Shown here: one piece after another, positions 23,825 through 28,097 of the stretch | How positions within the stretch are numbered: the stretch's first letter is position 1 | Layout: each line of letters starts with the position of its first letter | Virus record (IMG/VR): IMGVR_UViG_3300024517_000007 | Source of the DNA: a virus | DNA: 28,097 bases | Strand: one strand, 5' to 3' | Program-made: the position numbers and the translations under genes | Notes under the pieces: model-generated | Databases searched by the model: none | Told to the model about the DNA's origin: nothing | What the model saw: the letters and a program-made list of their open reading frames with translations, nothing else

Positions 23825-25389
23825 CGTACGTCCCGCCATCAGTGCCGCCGCAACTGACGCATAAGGTGTCCAGGCTTGTGGGTGACCTGGACCTATTCGC
23901 GAGAATACATAAAGTTCAGGACAAGGACAGTAAGCGCCCGATCCCGTGGGACACGGCACCTATGCAGGAGAAGATATTTAAGGCTGTAGAAGCTGGACAC
24001 AAGAGAATCGCATGCATAAAGGCACGGCAGGTGTACTGCACAACCGGGTGCAAGATGGTCCTGCACCACATGGCGTACACGACCCCACATGCCGCCATGC
24101 ACGCCGTGGTGTCCATGCGTGCGGATTCAGCATCTATGCTCTTGGACGACAACCGCAGATGGCTTGAAGACCCACCAGCCCTATTGCAGCGTCCAATCAA
24201 GACCAAGGCCCGCAACAACATAGTATACGAAGATACCGGGGCTTCGATAAGGTCATTCACCTCGCGTTCTGCCACCGGGCTGCGCTCATTCACGCCAGTG
24301 GCGGCAGTCATAAGTGAGGCTGCGTTTGCACCCGATCTTGAAGAGGTCATAGCACAGGCAGATGCCGCAGTCGGTGACGGGCTGTTGATAATCGAATCCA
24401 CGGCAGACAACCCGGCTGACTTCTTCTCACAACTCATCAGGGGTGCGCCTGAGAACGGTTGGCATCTTATAACCATGTGGTGGTGGGAACACCCGGCGTA
24501 CTGTGATTCACCCGATGTGATTCCGGCAGACTTTGAGGCTTCTCTCACGGATTACGAGAAGGGTATCCGAGACGAGTACGTCCTGTCACTCGGGCAACTT
24601 CACTGGAGACGTAGGACAGAGAAGCGCATCGGGTCTTCATACAAATTCCGCCGCGAATACCCAGCCTGCTTGGATGATTGCTTCCTTGACCGAGAGGGAG
24701 GCTACTTCGAGGATGAACTCCTTGGAGACATACACGTCGTGGAGCACAACCTCCACGGCAACCAGCACGGTCGGGAGATAGAGCCTCCACACCCACACGA
24801 TAGATACGTCATGGGCGTGGACATCGGTGGTGGCGTTGGTGGAGACTATTCCGCCTTGTGCGTAGTGTCCGTGTCGACACGGCAGGTGGTCTACACGGAA
24901 CGCAATAACCGAATCACTCCTGCCGCATGGGCGCACAGGGTGATTCAGGTGGCATCCAGGTACAACCAAGCCCTCGTGCTTGGCGAGTCCAACAACCACG
25001 GCCATGCGTTCTTGTTGGAAGCCACGACCTGCGGATACCGCAACTTGTGGGCTAATCCCAAGACCGGGAAGCCCTGGGTGACAACGCTTCAATCCAAGCT
25101 TGACGCCTTCGACACTCTGCGCGAGTCCCTCCAGATCATCCAGATCCTGGATCGCCCCACGTGGCTGGAGCTTCGGTCGCTTACCATCCCACAAGGTAAG
25201 GTAGCACCAGAGGCCCCTAAGGGAGGTCATGATGACGCGGCAATGGCCTGTGCACTGGCCTATAGGTGTCTTCGAGACATACCCCCGTCTTGGAGAACAC
25301 AAGCAGCAGTCTCCCAGAGAACCCGTATCGATGACCTGATATCCGCCTCCCGCGCAAGAAGAATCAGGTCTTCCGCCCTCCCGTTCTAA
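23821..25389 (+). CDS. terL: Terminase large subunit
   Basis: Walker A-like IKARQVYCTTG (the K-x-RQ-x-G-x-T type common in TerL). Walker B-like AAVISEAAF. RNase H-like nuclease motifs VMGVDIGGGVGGDYSALCVV, LGESNNHGHAF and GGHDDAAMACALAY. It lies directly upstream of the portal gene. The GTG start overlaps the upstream stop. Confidence 0.85.
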   Translation: MTYVPPSVPPQLTHKVSRLVGDLDLFARIHKVQDKDSKRPIPWDTAPMQEKIFKAVEAGHKRIACIKARQVYCTTGCKMVLHHMAYTTPHAAMHAVVSMRADSASMLLDDNRRWLEDPPALLQRPIKTKARNNIVYEDTGASIRSFTSRSATGLRSFTPVAAVISEAAFAPDLEEVIAQADAAVGDGLLIIESTADNPADFFSQLIRGAPENGWHLITMWWWEHPAYCDSPDVIPADFEASLTDYEKGIRDEYVLSLGQLHWRRRTEKRIGSSYKFRREYPACLDDCFLDREGGYFEDELLGDIHVVEHNLHGNQHGREIEPPHPHDRYVMGVDIGGGVGGDYSALCVVSVSTRQVVYTERNNRITPAAWAHRVIQVASRYNQALVLGESNNHGHAFLLEATTCGYRNLWANPKTGKPWVTTLQSKLDAFDTLRESLQIIQILDRPTWLELRSLTIPQGKVAPEAPKGGHDDAAMACALAYRCLRDIPPSWRTQAAVSQRTRIDDLISASRARRIRSSALPF

Positions 25390-25406
25390 ATAGAAGGAAC
25401 CTCCAG

Positions 25407-27113
25407 ATGCTTGAACCCAATCACATCAGGGACATAGTTAACACGCATGACGTCTACTGGGATAGTCGCCGAGATCGGATGCGCGAATACCGTAGGCTTT
25501 ATCTGACTGAATTCTGGGAATCCGAGACCTATCCTTCTCTGGACGGGATTCTTAGAACAGAGGTCCCCAAGGCATACGCCGTGGTGGAGTCCTATCTCGG
25601 TTCCCTGTTCGCCAAGAACCCTTCTGTCAGGGTCGAGCCCGATATCCGGGATAGGGGCAACCCGGAAGTAGCACAGGCCACCGCGAATCGCTATCTGCTC
25701 ACCATCCGGGAGCAGCTGGAGGACGCAACCCGGTTGGCACTCATATATCCGTGCAGCTTCTTGAAGCTCGCCCCAGAAGAGAACGTGGATCCCTTGAAGC
25801 GTGTCTCATGCGCTGCACTCCCGCCTTGGGAGGTCATCGTGGACTCCACGGCGGCTTCCTGGGACCAGCAGCGATACGTGGGGCACACATACCTGATGCC
25901 ACTGCCTGAGGCAAGGGAGAGGTACGGGAAGCCCGAGGACGCCTACCGGACGCGCAATTACACGAAGTGGATAGAAGCAGCTGGGGTAACAGGGACCACG
26001 AGCCGATCCTCCACCATAATGATGGGAGACACCACTTCTGACACTGACAGGTGGATCAGGATCGTGGAGGTCTACGACATAGTGGATGACAACCTCCTAG
26101 TGTGGAGTCCAGACTACGCCGATGGGGAGGAGTTCCTGTTCGAGGGAGTCAAGGTGCAGGTCGGGGCGCTTGACCCTGACGCTGATGCCGAGTCTGAGAC
26201 CCCTGAGGGAGAGATCCAGCATGAGACAACTGGGATCCCCTACAAGTCCGCAAGTGGCCGCCCGGTCATACCTGTCATACCGATATACTTCTCTCGTGAC
26301 CCTGATACCCCTCTCCGTGGATACAGCCTCATTCATAGGTCTGCAGACCAGTTCAGGGAAATGAACGTCATGCGGACCTATCAGGCACAGGGCGTGCGGC
26401 GCATGGCCCGCCAGTGGCTCATGAGGGCTGGGTTCCTGTCTGAGGACGCAGCCGCCAAGCTCACCCAGGGCATCGATGGTGAGATAATCGAGGTGGACCT
26501 CCCTCCTGGGACTCCCCTTGAAGGGAACATCATGCCTGCCCCACAGGCACCCATCCCAGGCGACATAGCCGCGTACGCCCTCACGATCCAGGGGGACATA
26601 GCCGATGCGGGCCTTCTGGCTCCATTCACACGGGGCGAGGTCACCAAGTCCACCGCAACTGAGCAGAACCTCCTTGCTGCATACACCAGTAGCGAAGTGT
26701 CGAGGATGGCGCGGACCCGTGATGCAGCCATAACTGCTGTGGCCCACACCTACAACGTGATGTTGTCTGTGGTGCTGGGTGATGATGCGGAGCCTCTGGC
26801 TCTCCCCAACCCCGTTGGACCCACCATCCTGTCCGCAGACGACTTGACTGGTGACTTCGGTTATTGGGCCGTGGACCAGGGCACCACCCCCATGAGCGAC
26901 TTCGCCAAACAGCAGTCTCTCGAACGCCTCGCCCCCATACTGGTGCAACTTGGGGCCGACCCCAGGATCATCCTCGAAGAGATAGTGCGAGTCTTCCAGC
27001 TTCCCGAGAACCTCGCTGTCCCCGCCCCTCCGCCTGAACCCATGCCTGAACCTGGGGCTGAATCCACAGTCCCAGAACAGCAGATGCCCGTCCTCCCATT
27101 CCCCGGAGTGTAA
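25407..27113 (+). CDS. Portal protein (568 aa)
   Basis: Size and its position immediately after TerL and ahead of the scaffold and capsid genes. The C-terminus is acidic and Pro-rich. No family-specific motif was verified. Confidence 0.7.
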   Translation: MLEPNHIRDIVNTHDVYWDSRRDRMREYRRLYLTEFWESETYPSLDGILRTEVPKAYAVVESYLGSLFAKNPSVRVEPDIRDRGNPEVAQATANRYLLTIREQLEDATRLALIYPCSFLKLAPEENVDPLKRVSCAALPPWEVIVDSTAASWDQQRYVGHTYLMPLPEARERYGKPEDAYRTRNYTKWIEAAGVTGTTSRSSTIMMGDTTSDTDRWIRIVEVYDIVDDNLLVWSPDYADGEEFLFEGVKVQVGALDPDADAESETPEGEIQHETTGIPYKSASGRPVIPVIPIYFSRDPDTPLRGYSLIHRSADQFREMNVMRTYQAQGVRRMARQWLMRAGFLSEDAAAKLTQGIDGEIIEVDLPPGTPLEGNIMPAPQAPIPGDIAAYALTIQGDIADAGLLAPFTRGEVTKSTATEQNLLAAYTSSEVSRMARTRDAAITAVAHTYNVMLSVVLGDDAEPLALPNPVGPTILSADDLTGDFGYWAVDQGTTPMSDFAKQQSLERLAPILVQLGADPRIILEEIVRVFQLPENLAVPAPPPEPMPEPGAESTVPEQQMPVLPFPGV

Positions 27114-27115
27114 CC

Positions 27116-27622
27116 ATGCCTATCGAATACGGACCCTCAACCCCCATGACCAACGACATACCTGAGGACCTGCTCATGGCAGCCAACGAGGCTGACGCCA
27201 TGATCGGGGACGAGTTGGCCTCTCTCATGCCCCCGTTTGAGAAGCCCATCAACATCAAGGTTCTGGATGCCCTTGCCAAGGCAACGGCTTCTGTCGCCAA
27301 GGTGATGGGCATGGATGTGGTGCCCGAGAAGTACACCGAGCCCACCACCGAGTTGGATCCGGACCTCGTGCGCTTCCTCGCTATGATTGAGGCCGCAGCC
27401 ACCGACTATGGTGTCTCACTTCCCATACCTCTCTCTGAGATACGGGACGAGGCTGGCCTCACCTCTCTCACCGCCTTCCTGACTGAGCTTGCCAGAGACA
27501 AGGATTTCAAGGAGTTCCTCGATATGCCTGCTCCCGAGGAGGAAGAGGTTGAGATCAGTGTTGAAGCACCCATGCCCGGTGGCGGTGAAGAGTTCGATTT
27601 CGCCTCCAGGATGTCTCGATAA
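27116..27622 (+). CDS. Highly acidic protein (168 aa), function unknown (assembly factor or possibly a second scaffold-like protein)
   Basis: ATG lies 2 nt after the portal stop and is preceded by GGAG. The product is rich in D/E throughout (…DMPAPEEEEVEISVEAPMPGGGEEFDF…). Confidence 0.55.
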   Translation: MPIEYGPSTPMTNDIPEDLLMAANEADAMIGDELASLMPPFEKPINIKVLDALAKATASVAKVMGMDVVPEKYTEPTTELDPDLVRFLAMIEAAATDYGVSLPIPLSEIRDEAGLTSLTAFLTELARDKDFKEFLDMPAPEEEEVEISVEAPMPGGGEEFDFASRMSR

Positions 27623-27627
27623 TCAAC

Positions 27628-27688
27628 TACACCTCGGGTCTCTTACATAAGAAGAAGAGACCCGAGGTGTACTGTGTGAGTTGACACA
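27628..27688. repeat. Hairpin element copy B (TACACCTCGGGTCTC-N14-GAGACCCGAGGTGTA, then the palindrome CTGTGTGAGTTGACACA)
   Basis: Read directly. The arms lie at 27628-27642 and 27657-27671, and the stem extends to 17 bp via TT/AA. It starts 6 nt after the stop of the acidic-protein gene and may act as a terminator, although no U-tract follows. TTGACA (27681-27686), N16, then CATACT (27703-27708) could be a promoter. Confidence 0.9.
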
Positions 27689-28097
27689 ATGGCATACACC
27701 AGCATACTTGGCAGGTTGAAGAAGGCATTCGGGTTTGGGGTCGCCAGACCTTCAGTTATCCCCAAGACGCGGGCATCCAAATACGTGTCCCGCTTCGGTG
27801 GGGACCCTATGAAGGAATTGAAGGCCGCCATCGAGAACAAACAGCCTGTCTCCTTCTTCTACAATGACAAGTGGCAGGAGGAAGGAACAACCGGGAAGTA
27901 CGGCCAGCGCGTCGGTAACCCGCATGCCATTTGGCGTGACAAAAACGGAACCACCTACTTGCACTTGTACGTGGATCCTCAATCAGCTTCCGCCACGGGG
28001 TCTCTCCCTGGGTGGAGAACATTCATTATTGGACGCATCCAGAATGTCTCCGTGCTTGATCTTGGCACGAGACTGTTTGGACGCCCTGTCCAATTCG
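27689..28097 (+). CDS. Standalone WYL-like domain protein, partial in the window (continues as 128-195 after circularisation; 158 aa from ATG 27689, 118 aa from ATG 27809)
   Basis: The frame is open from ATG 27689 to the window end and is absent from the ORF track only because there is no stop before the edge. PVSFFYNDK...GQRVGNPHAIWRDKNGTTYLHLYVDP...GWRTFIIGRIQNVSVLD follows the WYL-domain pattern (R-x-x-x-P, W/T-Y-L, R-x-F-x-x-x-R-I). ATG 27809 has the better SD (GGTGGGGA). Confidence 0.5.
   Translation, partial: MAYTSILGRLKKAFGFGVARPSVIPKTRASKYVSRFGGDPMKELKAAIENKQPVSFFYNDKWQEEGTTGKYGQRVGNPHAIWRDKNGTTYLHLYVDPQSASATGSLPGWRTFIIGRIQNVSVLDLGTRLFGRPVQF

Noticed and set aside
1-28097. Lysogeny functions, tRNAs, a reverse transcriptase or diversity-generating element, and toxin-antitoxin or known defence cassettes.
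   Set aside because: I scanned the translations and intergenic regions by eye. I found no integrase or recombinase motifs, no HTH repressor, no cloverleaf-like tRNA sequence, no YxDD reverse-transcriptase motif and no template/variable repeat pair. Absence judged by eye is weak evidence and should be confirmed with tRNAscan and HMM searches.

Overview
The window is one complete small tailed-phage (Caudoviricetes) genome. The first 127 nt (1-127) are identical to the last 127 nt (27971-28097), so the unique length is 27,970 bp. An ORF reads straight through that junction, which points to a circular or circularly permuted assembly rather than a real terminal repeat. The genome has two arms that diverge from a 223-bp control region (22883-23105) and converge on a hairpin terminator near 19244-19281. 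The long rightward arm runs 23106 -> window end/start -> 19147. It encodes two tandem NrdR-type zinc-ribbon proteins, large terminase, portal, an acidic protein, a standalone WYL-like protein, scaffold, major capsid and a decoration protein. These are followed by a T7 gp11-like adaptor, a T7 gp12-like nozzle, three beta-rich proteins, three internal-core-like proteins (221, 689 and 1663 aa), two more beta-rich proteins and a lysis cassette with an M15 peptidase. The short leftward arm (22882 -> 19298) is visibly lower in G+C. It encodes a 668-aa Cys/His-rich putative replication initiator and four small proteins of unknown function. I could not recognise a DNA polymerase, RNA polymerase, helicase, integrase, repressor, tRNA or CRISPR array. 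The most interesting signals lie outside the ORF list. (i) A perfect 15-bp-stem hairpin with a conserved 3' flank occurs twice, once inside the 668-aa coding sequence. (ii) A TGTGT-N6-ACACA palindrome abuts the early promoter. (iii) A leader motif CCACCnCC-TTA-GGAG(T/C)CC follows all three strong promoter-like sites. (iv) The nozzle gene appears to start at ATT behind a perfect Shine-Dalgarno sequence. (v) A 42-bp tandem duplication carries its own SD+ATG. All homology statements come from motif recognition by eye and memory, not from searches.
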